Made by a program: the position numbers and the translations under genes. The notes under the pieces are model-generated. The model was given only the letters and a program-made list of their open reading frames with translations, was not told the origin of the DNA and did no database searches. A stretch of 52,793 bases of DNA from Paracoccaceae bacterium (lineage in GTDB: Bacteria; Pseudomonadota; Alphaproteobacteria; Rhodobacterales; Rhodobacteraceae): the NCBI GenBank assembly GCA_023260835.1, contig JALQTR010000009.1, positions 1 to 52,793 on the forward strand. Reading direction: 5' to 3'. Positions 1 to 9,746 of the stretch are shown piece by piece. Position 1 is the first letter of the stretch, and each line of letters begins with the position of its first letter.

Positions 1-9
1 GACGACGCC

Positions 10-819
10 ATGACAGACACGATTTTAGACAAAATCAAAGCCTATAAACTGCAAGAAGTGGCCGCAGACCGCGCCGCAGTTCCGCTTTTTGCAGTAGAAG
101 AGGCCGCCCGCGCCGCGCCGCCGGTGCGCCCCTTTGGCCAGGCCCTGGCCCGCGCCAGCGCCAGCGGCTATGGGCTGATTGCGGAAATCAAAAAAGCCAG
201 CCCATCCAAGGGCTTGATCCGCCCCGATTTTGCCCCCCCCGCCTTGGCACAGGCCTATGCGGCGGGCGGCGCCACCTGCCTGTCGGTTTTGACCGACACC
301 CCCAGCTTTCAGGGCGCCAAAGACTATCTGCGCGCCGCCCGCGCCGCCTGCGATCTGCCCGCGCTGCGCAAGGATTTTATGTATGACACCTATCAAGTGG
401 CCGAGGCGCGGGCCTTGGGGGCTGATTGCATCTTGATCATCATGGCCTCGGTCAGCGATGCCCAAGCGCAAGAGCTGGAAGAGGCGGCCCGCCACTGGGG
501 GATGGATGCCCTGATCGAGGTGCATGACGCCCCGGAAATGGAGCGCGCCTTGACGCTGAAATCACCATTGATCGGGGTGAATAACCGCAATCTGAAAACC
601 TTTGAAACCACGCTGGACACCACGCGCCAGCTGTCAAAAATGGTGCCCGAGGGGCGCTTGCTGGTGTCGGAATCGGGGCTGAACACGCCGCAGGATTTGG
701 CCGATATGGCCCAGCATGGCGCGCGCACCTTCCTGATCGGTGAAAGCCTGATGCGGCAGGCCGATGTGGCCAGTGCCACCCGGCATTTGCTGGCCAATCC
801 GCTGGCGGGGGTGGTGTAA
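10..819 (+). CDS. trpC: Indole-3-glycerol phosphate synthase
   Basis: 269-aa ORF. N-terminus [13 protein letters not shown] and the [17 protein letters not shown] and ESG motifs are typical of TrpC. The stop overlaps the next ATG (TAATG). Confidence 0.93.
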   Translation: MTDTILDKIKAYKLQEVAADRAAVPLFAVEEAARAAPPVRPFGQALARASASGYGLIAEIKKASPSKGLIRPDFAPPALAQAYAAGGATCLSVLTDTPSFQGAKDYLRAARAACDLPALRKDFMYDTYQVAEARALGADCILIIMASVSDAQAQELEEAARHWGMDALIEVHDAPEMERALTLKSPLIGVNNRNLKTFETTLDTTRQLSKMVPEGRLLVSESGLNTPQDLADMAQHGARTFLIGESLMRQADVASATRHLLANPLAGVV

Positions 820-1295
820 TGGCGGGGCTGACGCATTTTGATGGCAAGGGCGATGCCCATATGGTGGATGTTTCCGACAAGGCCGTAACGGCACGTATTG
901 CCGTGGCCGCGGGGCATGTGCGCATGGCGCCTGCCACCTACCAAATCATCGCAGAAGGCCGCGCCAAAAAGGGCGATGTGCTGGCCGTGGCGCGGCTGGC
1001 GGGCATCATGGGTGCCAAAAAAACACCAGATCTGATCCCGCTGTGCCACCCCCTGCCCCTGTCCAAAGTGGCGATTGATCTGGACGCCGACCCCGATCTG
1101 CCCGGCATACAAATCCGCGCCACCGTGCGCACCACCGGCCAAACCGGCGTCGAGATGGAGGCCCTGACCGCCGCATCCACCGCCGCGCTGACGGTCTATG
1201 ACATGGTCAAAGCCGTGGACCGCGGCATGGAAATTGGCGGTCTGCGCGTTACGCTGAAAGACGGCGGGAAATCTGGCCGCTTCACCGCTCCATGA
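819..1295 (+). CDS. moaC: Cyclic pyranopterin monophosphate synthase MoaC
   Basis: 158-aa ORF with [27 protein letters not shown] and LIPLCHPL, characteristic of MoaC. It is coupled to both neighbours by overlapping start and stop codons. Confidence 0.93.
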   Translation: MAGLTHFDGKGDAHMVDVSDKAVTARIAVAAGHVRMAPATYQIIAEGRAKKGDVLAVARLAGIMGAKKTPDLIPLCHPLPLSKVAIDLDADPDLPGIQIRATVRTTGQTGVEMEALTAASTAALTVYDMVKAVDRGMEIGGLRVTLKDGGKSGRFTAP

Positions 1296-2470
1296 TTTCT
1301 GTGGCCCAGGCTCAGGCGGCCCTGTTTGACCTAGTGTCGCCGCTGCCCGTCGAATGGGTCCCTCTTGCGGCCGGTTTAGGCCGCGTTTTGGCGCAAGACC
1401 TGCGCGCCAGCCGCGCACAGCCGCCATTTGATGCCTCTGCCATGGATGGCTATGCCATGCGCGCCGCCGACGCGGTGGCGGGATCCCGTGTTCAGGTGAT
1501 CGGAGAAAGCGCCGCTGGTCATGCGTTTGGCGGAGCGGTTTCTTCGGGCCAAGCGGTACGGATCTTCACCGGCGCCGTGGTGCCGAAAGGGGCCGATTGC
1601 ATCGTGATCCAAGAGGACGTGACCCCATTCGGCGATCACATCACCATCACAGAAACCACATCCGCCGGCGCGCATATACGGCCAGCGGGCAATGATTTTG
1701 ATGCAGATTTCATCCTGCAAAGCCCCACACGCCTGCGCGCCGCGGATCTGGCGTTGCTGGCGGCAATGAACCACGCGCAGCTGCCGGTATACCGCCAGCC
1801 ACAGGTGGCCATCATCTCAACAGGGGATGAATTGGTGCTGCCGGGGCAAATGCCAGGGCCAGATCAGATCATTGCCTCGAACACATTTGGAATTAAGGCG
1901 CAGCTAGAGCAGTTGGGGGCCAAGGCACGTATCCTGCCCATCGCCCGCGATAATGATGCAAGCCTGCGCCTGGCCTTTGATCTGGCCGCTGGGGCGGATT
2001 TGATTGTCACCATCGGCGGGGCCTCTGTCGGGGATCATGATCTGGTTGGTGCGGTCGCCGCGGAACAGGGGTTGGATCGGCAGTTTTACAAAGTCGCCAT
2101 GCGCCCCGGAAAACCCCTGATGGCCGGGCGCATGGGCAATGCAATCATGCTGGGCCTGCCCGGCAACCCCGTATCCGCCATGGTCTGCACCGAGGTTTTC
2201 TTGCATCCCATCATTGAAGGGCTGCAAGGCCTGCCCCTGCAGGCGCGGCAACCATCCTATGCCCAATTGGCACATGATATCGGCCCCAATGGAAACCGTG
2301 AACATTATATGCGCGCGGATATAACAGAATCCGGCCATTTAAACGTGTTCGAAAACCAAGACAGCGCCAAGCTGCGCCTTTATGCGCAGGCCCGGGCCTT
2401 GGTCGTACGCCCCCCAAATGATGGGCCGCAGCCAGCGGGTGCTGTTTTGCCCTTCATACCGCTTGGGTGA
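1292..2470 (+). CDS. moeA: Molybdopterin molybdenumtransferase MoeA
   Basis: 392-aa ORF with MoeA motifs: [32 protein letters not shown] and [11 protein letters not shown] overlap with moaC. Confidence 0.9.
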   Translation: MISVAQAQAALFDLVSPLPVEWVPLAAGLGRVLAQDLRASRAQPPFDASAMDGYAMRAADAVAGSRVQVIGESAAGHAFGGAVSSGQAVRIFTGAVVPKGADCIVIQEDVTPFGDHITITETTSAGAHIRPAGNDFDADFILQSPTRLRAADLALLAAMNHAQLPVYRQPQVAIISTGDELVLPGQMPGPDQIIASNTFGIKAQLEQLGAKARILPIARDNDASLRLAFDLAAGADLIVTIGGASVGDHDLVGAVAAEQGLDRQFYKVAMRPGKPLMAGRMGNAIMLGLPGNPVSAMVCTEVFLHPIIEGLQGLPLQARQPSYAQLAHDIGPNGNREHYMRADITESGHLNVFENQDSAKLRLYAQARALVVRPPNDGPQPAGAVLPFIPLG

Positions 2471-2494
2471 ATAAAAATTCTTGACACAAAACAT

Positions 2495-2519
2495 GAACAT
2501 TCATAGAACTTATGCGAAC
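2495..2519 (+). promoter_or_regulatory. LexA operator (alphaproteobacterial SOS box): GAAC-N7-GAAC followed by a third GAAC after 6 nt
   Basis: GAACATTCATAGAAC at 2495-2509 matches the GTTC-N7-GTTC / GAAC-N7-GAAC SOS box described for Rhodobacter and Rhizobium. A third GAAC sits at 2516-2519. The site lies 22-46 nt upstream of the lexA ATG. Confidence 0.7.
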
Positions 2520-2540
2520 ATAACCGCATAGGGGCAAATC

Positions 2541-3206
2541 ATGTTGACACGCAAACAAATGGATCTGCTGATTTTCATCAACAAACGCTTGGCGCGTGAT
2601 GGCGTCCCGCCCAGCTTTGATGAAATGAAGGACCATCTGAATTTGCGGTCAAAATCTGGTATTCACCGTTTGATTACCGCGCTGGAAGAACGCGGGTTTA
2701 TCCGCCGTTTGGCGCATAAGGCCCGTGCGATTGAAATCCTGCGGATGCCGGATGTGGATGATGGCAAGGGCTTTACCCCCCGTGTGATCGAAGGGGGCGC
2801 TCCCGCCGCCGCCCAATCTGATGATTTCATTACCTTGGACAAATTGGGCCGCATCGCGGCTGGTGTTCCGATCGAAGCAATTGAACATGACAGCCACATC
2901 ACCCTACCCGCCAGCATGCTGCGCAGCGCCGGGCGCCATTACGCATTGGAAGTTCGGGGCGATTCAATGATCGACGCCGGTATTTTGGATGGCGACATCG
3001 TGATCGTGCGCGAAACCAGCAGCGCCCATGCCGGCGATATCGTCGTGGCGCAGGTCGACGGGTATGAGGCCACATTGAAAACCTATCGCCCCAAAGGGGA
3101 TATGATCTGCCTTGAGGCTGCCAACCCAGTTTATGAACCGCGCATCCTGCCCAAAGGCAGCGTTGCAGTTCAGGGTGTCTTGGCCGGGCTGATCCGCAGT
3201 TATTAA
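2541..3206 (+). CDS. lexA: LexA repressor (S24 self-cleaving peptidase)
   Basis: 221 aa. N-terminal winged-helix region ([36 protein letters not shown]), an Ala-Gly cleavage site (IAAGVP), the GDSM serine and a downstream LKT lysine. Confidence 0.95.
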   Translation: MLTRKQMDLLIFINKRLARDGVPPSFDEMKDHLNLRSKSGIHRLITALEERGFIRRLAHKARAIEILRMPDVDDGKGFTPRVIEGGAPAAAQSDDFITLDKLGRIAAGVPIEAIEHDSHITLPASMLRSAGRHYALEVRGDSMIDAGILDGDIVIVRETSSAHAGDIVVAQVDGYEATLKTYRPKGDMICLEAANPVYEPRILPKGSVAVQGVLAGLIRSY

Positions 3207-3247
3207 GCATCTTGCACAGGCAAGCCGCTTTGGATACCCAAAGGGGC

Positions 3248-4186
3248 ATGAAGATCATTGGCACACCCCTTGCCCAAAATGCGCCCGAACGCGGCGCGGC
3301 CATTGCCATTGGTAATTTCGATGGCGTGCATTTAGGGCACAGGGTGGTTCTAGATCACGCGCGCATGGCCGCGCAACGTCTGGGCGCGCCACTGGGTGTG
3401 CTGACGTTTGAGCCGCATCCGCGCAGCTTCTTTGCCCCAAACGCGCCTGATTTTCGCCTGATGAATGCCGCCGCCAAAGCGCATCGTTTGGAAAAGCTGG
3501 GGGTGGATATCCTGTATCAGCTGCCCTTTAACGGTGATCTGTCAACTTTGTCCCCCGAAGACTTCGCTAGGGCCATCCTGCGTGATGGACTTGGCGTGCG
3601 TCATGTCAGCGTGGGCGCCGATTTTTGTTTTGGCAAAGGGCGTGCGGGAACTGTGGATGACCTGATCGCCTTTGGCCGCAAATTTGGCTTTGACTGCGAA
3701 ATTGCCCCGCTGAAACACATCGGCCCAGAGGAAATATCGTCTACCGCCATTCGCGCTGCGCTTGGGGCCGGTGATCCACGCAAGGCCGCGGCGCTGCTGG
3801 GGCATTGGCACCGAATTGATGGCCCCGTCATCCATGGTGAAAAACGCGGGCGCGAACTGGGTTTTCCAACGGCCAATATGGACCTCAGCGGGCTGCACAT
3901 TCCCAAACATGGCGTTTATGCGGTGCTGGTGGATGTTTTGGATGGCCCGCATCAGGGCCGTTATCACGGTGCTGCATCCATTGGCGTGCGGCCCATGTTT
4001 GGCGAAAACACCCCAAATTGTGAAACATTTCTGTTTGATTTCAAGGGGGACCTTTATGGCGCCCAACTGTCCATCGGACTGGTTGATTTTCTGCGCCCCG
4101 AGGCAAAGTTCGACGGGCTGGCGGCATTGATCGCGCAAATGGATGCCGATTGCGCCCGCGCCAAAACCATCTTGGCCACGATATGA
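3248..4186 (+). CDS. ribF: Bifunctional riboflavin kinase / FAD synthetase
   Basis: ORF 3212-4186. I prefer the in-frame ATG at 3248 because the track start is TTG. Motifs IGNFDGVHLGH, ISSTAIR, GFPTAN and VDFLR are typical of RibF. Confidence 0.9.
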   Translation: MKIIGTPLAQNAPERGAAIAIGNFDGVHLGHRVVLDHARMAAQRLGAPLGVLTFEPHPRSFFAPNAPDFRLMNAAAKAHRLEKLGVDILYQLPFNGDLSTLSPEDFARAILRDGLGVRHVSVGADFCFGKGRAGTVDDLIAFGRKFGFDCEIAPLKHIGPEEISSTAIRAALGAGDPRKAAALLGHWHRIDGPVIHGEKRGRELGFPTANMDLSGLHIPKHGVYAVLVDVLDGPHQGRYHGAASIGVRPMFGENTPNCETFLFDFKGDLYGAQLSIGLVDFLRPEAKFDGLAALIAQMDADCARAKTILATI

Positions 4187-4650
4187 GCGCGCAAATCCCC
4201 CGCAAAGGCCTGCGCCCCAATTATTGGCAGCGCATCGCCCTAACCGACATGACCCCGGCCGAATGGGAGGCCCTGTGCGATGGCTGCGGCAAATGCTGCC
4301 TGAACAAATTGGAAGACCCAGACACGGGCGAGGTCGCCCTGACCCGTATCGCCTGCCGCCTGCTGGATGATGCAACCTGCCTATGCGCCCAATACGATAT
4401 TCGCCGCCAATTTGTGCCTGAATGCATTGCCTTAACGCCGCAAACGATTGAACAAAACGCCTATTGGCTGCCGCAAAGCTGCGCCTATAAACGGCTGTGG
4501 CAGGGCGACCCCCTGCCCGATTGGCACCCGCTGATCACAGGTGACCCCGAAACCGTCCATCAGGCGGGCATTTCGCTGCGCGGCCAGACCATCCCCGAAT
4601 TTGAAGTTGATGAAGAGGATTGGGAAGATTACATCATAGAGGAAGATTAA
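4183..4650 (+). CDS. ycgN: YcgN-family (UPF0260) cysteine-cluster protein
   Basis: Motif CDGCGKCCLNKLED...CRLLD...C..Y plus an acidic C-terminus, as in E. coli YcgN. I prefer the ATG at 4183, which forms an ATGA overlap with the ribF stop. Confidence 0.8.
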   Translation: MSAQIPRKGLRPNYWQRIALTDMTPAEWEALCDGCGKCCLNKLEDPDTGEVALTRIACRLLDDATCLCAQYDIRRQFVPECIALTPQTIEQNAYWLPQSCAYKRLWQGDPLPDWHPLITGDPETVHQAGISLRGQTIPEFEVDEEDWEDYIIEED

Positions 4651-4671
4651 CCCCAATAAGGTTCCTTGCAT

Positions 4672-5700
4672 ATGTATTTCGCCTCTGACAACACCGGTCC
4701 GGCCCATCCCAAAGTGATCGAAGCCATCACCCGCGCCAACACGGGCTATACCCCCAGCTATGGTGATGATCCGATCATGGATCAGGTGCGCGAAAAAATG
4801 CGCGCGCTGCTGGGCGCCCCGCAGGCCGAGGTGCATTTGGTGGCCACTGGCACCGCGGCGAATGTTCTGGCGCTGAGCAGTTTGGGACGGCCTTGGGATG
4901 CGATTTACTGCACCCCCCGCGCCCATATTGAAGAGGATGAGGGCAACGCCCCCGAATTCTACACCGGTGGCGCCAAACTGATGCATGTGGGCAGCGGCGC
5001 AAGAATGACCGCCGCTGAATTGCACGCTGCGGTGGATGGCACGGGGCTGCATGGTGTGCATGGGGCTGCGCGCGGCCCCGTCTCGATCACGCAGGTCACA
5101 GAACGCGGCGATGTTTACACCCTGCCGCAGCTTCAGGACCTGGCCGCTGTGGCACGCGAATTTGACCTGCCGCTGCATATGGATGGTGCGCGCTTTGCCA
5201 ATGCGGTTGCGGCGCTTGGCTGCTCGGCCAAAGATATGAGCACCGATCTGGGGCTTGATGCGCTCAGTTTCGGGGGGACCAAAAACGGTCTGATGGGGGT
5301 CGAGGCGGTGGTGCTATTCACCCCAGATCGCGCCGATCAATTTGAACGCCGCCGCAAACGCGGTGCGCATTTGTTTTCCAAACATCGCTATCTATCGGCA
5401 CAGTTTGATGCCTATTTAACCGATGATTTGTGGCTCGAGCTGGCACAGGCCGCCAATGCCAATGCGCGCCACCTGTTTGATGGGTTGCAACATGAAGGGA
5501 TGGAAATCACATCCGGTGGGCAGGCCAATATGGGATTCGTGGCCATTCCAACCGATCTGGCCCATCGCCTGATCGACGCGGGCGCGCAGTTTTATCTGTA
5601 TCCGCCGGTTGGGGATAACACCATCTGCCGCTTTGTCTGCGACTGGTCGCTGCCGCGCGCGCAAATCGACGCCTTTTTGGCGCTTGTGGCCAAGGGGTGA
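4672..5700 (+). CDS. ltaE: Low-specificity L-threonine aldolase (beta-eliminating lyase family, PLP-dependent)
   Basis: N-terminus MYFASDN and SFGGTKNG (PLP lysine) are typical of LtaE-like aldolases. The track start at 4666 is TTG, so I chose the ATG at 4672. Confidence 0.8.
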   Translation: MYFASDNTGPAHPKVIEAITRANTGYTPSYGDDPIMDQVREKMRALLGAPQAEVHLVATGTAANVLALSSLGRPWDAIYCTPRAHIEEDEGNAPEFYTGGAKLMHVGSGARMTAAELHAAVDGTGLHGVHGAARGPVSITQVTERGDVYTLPQLQDLAAVAREFDLPLHMDGARFANAVAALGCSAKDMSTDLGLDALSFGGTKNGLMGVEAVVLFTPDRADQFERRRKRGAHLFSKHRYLSAQFDAYLTDDLWLELAQAANANARHLFDGLQHEGMEITSGGQANMGFVAIPTDLAHRLIDAGAQFYLYPPVGDNTICRFVCDWSLPRAQIDAFLALVAKG

Positions 5701-7134
5701 TTACAGCCCCTTGGATCGATAACTGGCTGCGATTTTTTCGATCGCAACGATAAATCCTGCAGTGCGCAGATCCTCGACATCGGCTCTTGCGTGCCAGACC
5801 TCGCGCATGGCCTGATAGGCGGTGCGCATCGTATCATCCAGACCCGATCGCACCAATTCCAATTCATCTGCGCCGCGCAGGTACTTTTCCTTGAACCCCG
5901 GCGAAAGCGACCACGCATCCCCCAATGCCACAGACAGGCGATCCAATTCATCAATGACCAATTGGTGGCGGGCCTCTTCCTGTCGCCGCTGCAAACGGCC
6001 AAATCGGATATGGCCCAGATTTTTCACCCATTCAAAATAGGACACCGTCACCCCACCCGCATTGGCATAAAGGTCCGGAATAATCACTGTTCCTTTTGCG
6101 CGCAGTATCTGATCGGCGCCAGATGTGATCGGGCCATTGGCGGCCTCGATGATCAGCGGGGCCTGCACCTTCTGCGCGTTGCTCAAATTGATCACGCCCT
6201 CCAGGGCGGCTGGGATCAGGATATCGCAATCTGCCTCAAGCAATTTGGCACCGTTTTCGATAAATTCCCCATCGGCAAAGCCCTTGACCCCGCCATGGCG
6301 TAGAATCCAATTGCGCAGCGCCTCGATATCTATCCCCGTGTCGCAAAAAATGCCGCCATCATGTTCAACCACACCGATGATGCGCGCGCCGTCTTCGGCC
6401 TGTAGGAATTTCGCCGCGTGATAGCCCACATTCCCGAGCCCCTGAACAATCACACGTTTGCCATCCAAGCTGCCGGCCAAACCCGCGGCGGCCACGTCTT
6501 CGGGATGGCGAAAGAATTCACGCAAAGCATATTGGATACCGCGGCCCGTGGCTTCGACCCGGCCGCTGATGCCGCCGAAATTCAGCGGCTTACCCGTCAC
6601 ACAGGCGCGGGCATTTATGTCGGATGTGTTCATGCGGGCGTATTGATCAGCGATCCATGCCATTTCACGCTCGCCCGTGCCCATATCTGGGGCGGGGACG
6701 TTTTGGCTGGGGTCGATCAAATCGCGTTTGATCAATTCATAGGCAAAGCGGCGGGTGATTTGTTCCAGCTCATCCTCGTCCCAGGCGCGCGGGTCGATGC
6801 AAAGGCCGCCTTTGGACCCGCCAAACGGCGCCTCGACCAAGGCACATTTATAGGACATCAGCGCGGCCAGCGCCTCGACCTCGTCCTGATTGACCGCCAA
6901 AGAATAGCGAATACCGCCCTTGACCGGTTCCATATGTTCCGAATGCACGGACCGATACCCTGTGAAGGTCTGCATCTGACCGCGCAGGCGCACGCCAAAG
7001 CGCACGGTATAGGTGGAATTACAGACGCGAATCTTTTGTTCCAGCCCCGGTGACAGGTCCATCAGCGCGGCGGCGCGGTTGAACATTAAATCAACGCTTT
7101 GACGGAAACTTGGTTCGGCTTGCGGGGTGGACAT
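5701..7134 (-). CDS. Glu/Leu/Phe/Val dehydrogenase family (glutamate dehydrogenase-like)
   Basis: GGSKGG catalytic-lysine motif and GLGNVG Rossmann motif. I chose the ATG at 7134 (MSTPQ...), which is preceded by AGGAGGA. The stop abuts the ltaE stop with zero spacer. Confidence 0.88.
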   Translation of the reverse strand: MSTPQAEPSFRQSVDLMFNRAAALMDLSPGLEQKIRVCNSTYTVRFGVRLRGQMQTFTGYRSVHSEHMEPVKGGIRYSLAVNQDEVEALAALMSYKCALVEAPFGGSKGGLCIDPRAWDEDELEQITRRFAYELIKRDLIDPSQNVPAPDMGTGEREMAWIADQYARMNTSDINARACVTGKPLNFGGISGRVEATGRGIQYALREFFRHPEDVAAAGLAGSLDGKRVIVQGLGNVGYHAAKFLQAEDGARIIGVVEHDGGIFCDTGIDIEALRNWILRHGGVKGFADGEFIENGAKLLEADCDILIPAALEGVINLSNAQKVQAPLIIEAANGPITSGADQILRAKGTVIIPDLYANAGGVTVSYFEWVKNLGHIRFGRLQRRQEEARHQLVIDELDRLSVALGDAWSLSPGFKEKYLRGADELELVRSGLDDTMRTAYQAMREVWHARADVEDLRTAGFIVAIEKIAASYRSKGL

Positions 7135-7213
7135 TTGGTTCCTCCTGTCTCGGGCTTCACACATCAAAGCCTTGCAGAGGGGGGCACCGAATGCAACGAT
7201 AAATTGTGCTACC

Positions 7214-7687
7214 TTAACGGGTCATCAAAATTTGTTCGATCTGTTCGGCCAAAATGCGCGTTTGCGGCCCTGGGGTAATCCCCCCCACAGCAACACGGCG
7301 GCCCAGCCGCCACCACAGCCCAGGCCGCCAAGCCTGCGGTGCGGGCTGTGACAGGATCAGCATAAACCCGTTCGAAGGCTTGATCGCAAAGGCCCCGCGG
7401 TTCACCGATTGAATATCGTCTGTTTTGGCCAGAACTGTGCCATCGGCATCCACCAGCGCATCAGCCGTCAGGATCAGCTGCCCGCGCGTGGCGCGCAGCA
7501 TCATCCCCGCCAGATATAAAACCGCCAGCCCAAACACCCCCAAACCCAAACGCCAGAGCACCGAAAAGGGCTGCGGGCCAAAGGCGATCATCAACAACAT
7601 CCCGCCCAGCACCAGCAAAATCCCCAAGGCCACAATGCGGCGCGGCGCGCTGGAGGATAATGTGGCAAGGGGCGGGATATCTGACAT
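7214..7687 (-). CDS. Hypothetical two-TM membrane protein with a C-terminal PH-like soluble domain
   Basis: 157-aa ORF with two clear hydrophobic helices (IVALGILLVLGGMLLMIAF and LGLGVFGLAVLYLAGMML). No family recognised with certainty. Confidence 0.55.
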   Translation of the reverse strand: MSDIPPLATLSSSAPRRIVALGILLVLGGMLLMIAFGPQPFSVLWRLGLGVFGLAVLYLAGMMLRATRGQLILTADALVDADGTVLAKTDDIQSVNRGAFAIKPSNGFMLILSQPAPQAWRPGLWWRLGRRVAVGGITPGPQTRILAEQIEQILMTR

Positions 7688-7710
7688 TTGGATGGCCTTT
7701 TGGTTATGCG

Positions 7711-8652
7711 TTACCTTGGGCGCACCTCATACCCTTTCTCTTCGGGTTCGTCATCGATTAATTCCATTGGGAACCCATCGGCCAGACATTGCAGCCCAGT
7801 GGGACCCTCATACAGCTCGATCGTGCGGTCAGATTGCGCATCATGGCCCAATGCGGCCTGACCCTCATGCACCATATCCAGCACTTTGGGCGACAGGGTC
7901 AACGGCACATTGTTGTCATCGGCGATTTTCTGGAACAGCCCCAGATCCTTGTCGATCAAATCCAATGTGAAATTCACATCGCGCGATCCAGACAGAATCA
8001 GCTGGCTTTCGGTTTCATGCACAAAGGAATTGCCCGATGAAATTTTGATCGCTTCGAATGTGGTGGCCATATCCATTCCGGCGGCTTTCATCGTGATGAA
8101 TGCCTCGTTCAGGGCAAACAGATGCGTGGTGGCCAAATAATTTGTCATCACCTTCAATGTGCTGGCGCTGCCCACAGGGCCGGTGTGCAGCACGCGGCGG
8201 CCCAAAATCGTCAGCAGCGGAAGGACGGTTTCAAACAGATCCCGATCACAGGCGGCAAAGATACTGATATTGCCGGTGGCCGCGCGGTGACACCCGCCGG
8301 AAACTGGGCAATCCACAGCCCGCGCGCCGGTGGCTTCGACAATCGCAGCCAGGCGCTTGATCTCGCCCGCGTCGGTGGTGGACATTTCTAACCACGTTTT
8401 CCCCGCCCCCATATTGGGCAGCATCTGCGTCATCACCGCGTCCGAGGCTTTGGGGCTGGGCAGGCAGGTGATAATCACATCATTATCCGCCGCAATCTGC
8501 GCCGCATCCCGCGCTGTCTGCGCCCCGCGTTCGGCAAACCGCGCCATCACGTCCGTATCCAGATCCAGCACCATCAGGGGGACATTGTTGCGCAGCAAAC
8601 TGCCCGCCAGCTTTGCGCCCAAATTCCCCAGTCCGATAAACCCAACTTTCAT
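7711..8652 (-). CDS. NAD(P)-dependent oxidoreductase, 3-hydroxyisobutyrate / 6-phosphogluconate dehydrogenase-like family
   Basis: N-terminal MKVGFIGLGNLG Rossmann motif and family-typical MSTT, DCPVSGG and LKVMTNYL segments. The substrate cannot be assigned. Confidence 0.8.
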   Translation of the reverse strand: MKVGFIGLGNLGAKLAGSLLRNNVPLMVLDLDTDVMARFAERGAQTARDAAQIAADNDVIITCLPSPKASDAVMTQMLPNMGAGKTWLEMSTTDAGEIKRLAAIVEATGARAVDCPVSGGCHRAATGNISIFAACDRDLFETVLPLLTILGRRVLHTGPVGSASTLKVMTNYLATTHLFALNEAFITMKAAGMDMATTFEAIKISSGNSFVHETESQLILSGSRDVNFTLDLIDKDLGLFQKIADDNNVPLTLSPKVLDMVHEGQAALGHDAQSDRTIELYEGPTGLQCLADGFPMELIDDEPEEKGYEVRPR

Positions 8653-8825
8653 TCTTCAGTCTTCCCTGTTTTCGTGATTTGATTGATCTGAAAGCTGGGA
8701 CGGCAAATGCGTCATGTCTGTTCCAATCGCGACTTGGCCCATCGGCATCTGAAAATTCTTTGATCCATATTGATCCGGTATCAGCTGCGCCCTACATAAC
8801 GGCGTAGATAACAGGAGTTAGCCCC

Positions 8826-9737
8826 ATGTCCATTCGCCCCGTTCTTGAACGCCGCCATGCCCAACCCACGATGGAAGGCGCAGGTGTTGCCCTGCACCGC
8901 GCATTTGGGTTTCATGACCCCAGCGAACTGGACCCGTTCTTGCTGTTTGATGATTTTCGCAATGATAACCCAATGGATTACATGCGCGGCTTTCCTTGGC
9001 ATCCGCACCGCGGAATTGAAACCATCACCTATGTTTTGGCCGGCAGCGTCGATCATGGTGACAGCTTGGGCAACCAAGGCACGCTTGGCGCGGGTGATGT
9101 GCAGTGGATGACCGCTGGATCGGGCATTTTGCACCAAGAAATGCCCAAAGGAAACGCACAGGGGCAAATGCATGGGTTTCAGCTGTGGGCCAATCTGCCC
9201 AAAGATTTGAAAATGACTGCGCCGCGCTATCAGGACGTGAAATCCAAAGAAATCCCTGAAATCATCGACGATGATGGGACTGTTGTTCGGGTGATTGTGG
9301 GCAGTTTCTGGGGCAAAACTGGCCCCGTGGATGGGATTGCGGCAGATCCGCAGTATCTGGACATTTCAATCCCCGCCGGGCGAAAAAAGACCTTTAAGGT
9401 CGACACCTATCGGCGCAGCTTTGCCTATATCTTTGAAGGCAGCGCCGCCTTTGCCGATGCCTCAAAACCCACGGGCGTTTTGCTGGAAAAAGAGGTCCAA
9501 GGCGAAGAGGTGAACATTCGAGATATGTCCGGCAACCGCACATTGATCCGCTTTGGCACCGGCGATGACATCACCGTGCAAGCCGGGGAAGAGGGCGTGC
9601 GGTTTTTGCTGATATCCGGCGCGCCCATTCAGGAACCCGTGGCATGGCATGGCCCGATCGTGATGAACACGCAAGAGGAAATCATGCAAGCCATGCGGGA
9701 TTTGCGCAATAACACCTTCATCAAACCGGCGCATTAA
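8826..9737 (+). CDS. Pirin family protein (bicupin)
   Basis: FPWHPHRGIETITYVL and GD.QWMTAGSGI.H.E are hallmark pirin motifs. An AGGAG RBS sits 7 nt upstream. Confidence 0.9.
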   Translation: MSIRPVLERRHAQPTMEGAGVALHRAFGFHDPSELDPFLLFDDFRNDNPMDYMRGFPWHPHRGIETITYVLAGSVDHGDSLGNQGTLGAGDVQWMTAGSGILHQEMPKGNAQGQMHGFQLWANLPKDLKMTAPRYQDVKSKEIPEIIDDDGTVVRVIVGSFWGKTGPVDGIAADPQYLDISIPAGRKKTFKVDTYRRSFAYIFEGSAAFADASKPTGVLLEKEVQGEEVNIRDMSGNRTLIRFGTGDDITVQAGEEGVRFLLISGAPIQEPVAWHGPIVMNTQEEIMQAMRDLRNNTFIKPAH

Positions 9738-9746
9738 GGCGCGGGC

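Noticed and set aside
393-1427. 344-aa ORF antisense to trpC and moaC
   Set aside because: The sequence is Arg/Ala/Gly/Pro-rich and low-complexity, typical of the antisense frame of GC-rich genes. It fully overlaps two confidently identified genes and has no recognisable motifs.
3207-3247. FMN riboswitch before ribF, or Moco riboswitch before moaC
   Set aside because: The ribF upstream spacer is only about 40 nt, and moaC overlaps trpC. There is no room for either aptamer.
8770-8784. FNR-like site TTGATccggtATCAg upstream of pirin
   Set aside because: The half-site spacing is N5 rather than the required N4, and the right arm is imperfect. It resembles ccoN box 1 but probably cannot bind an FNR dimer. 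The direct-repeat reading is reported separately as a low-interest finding.
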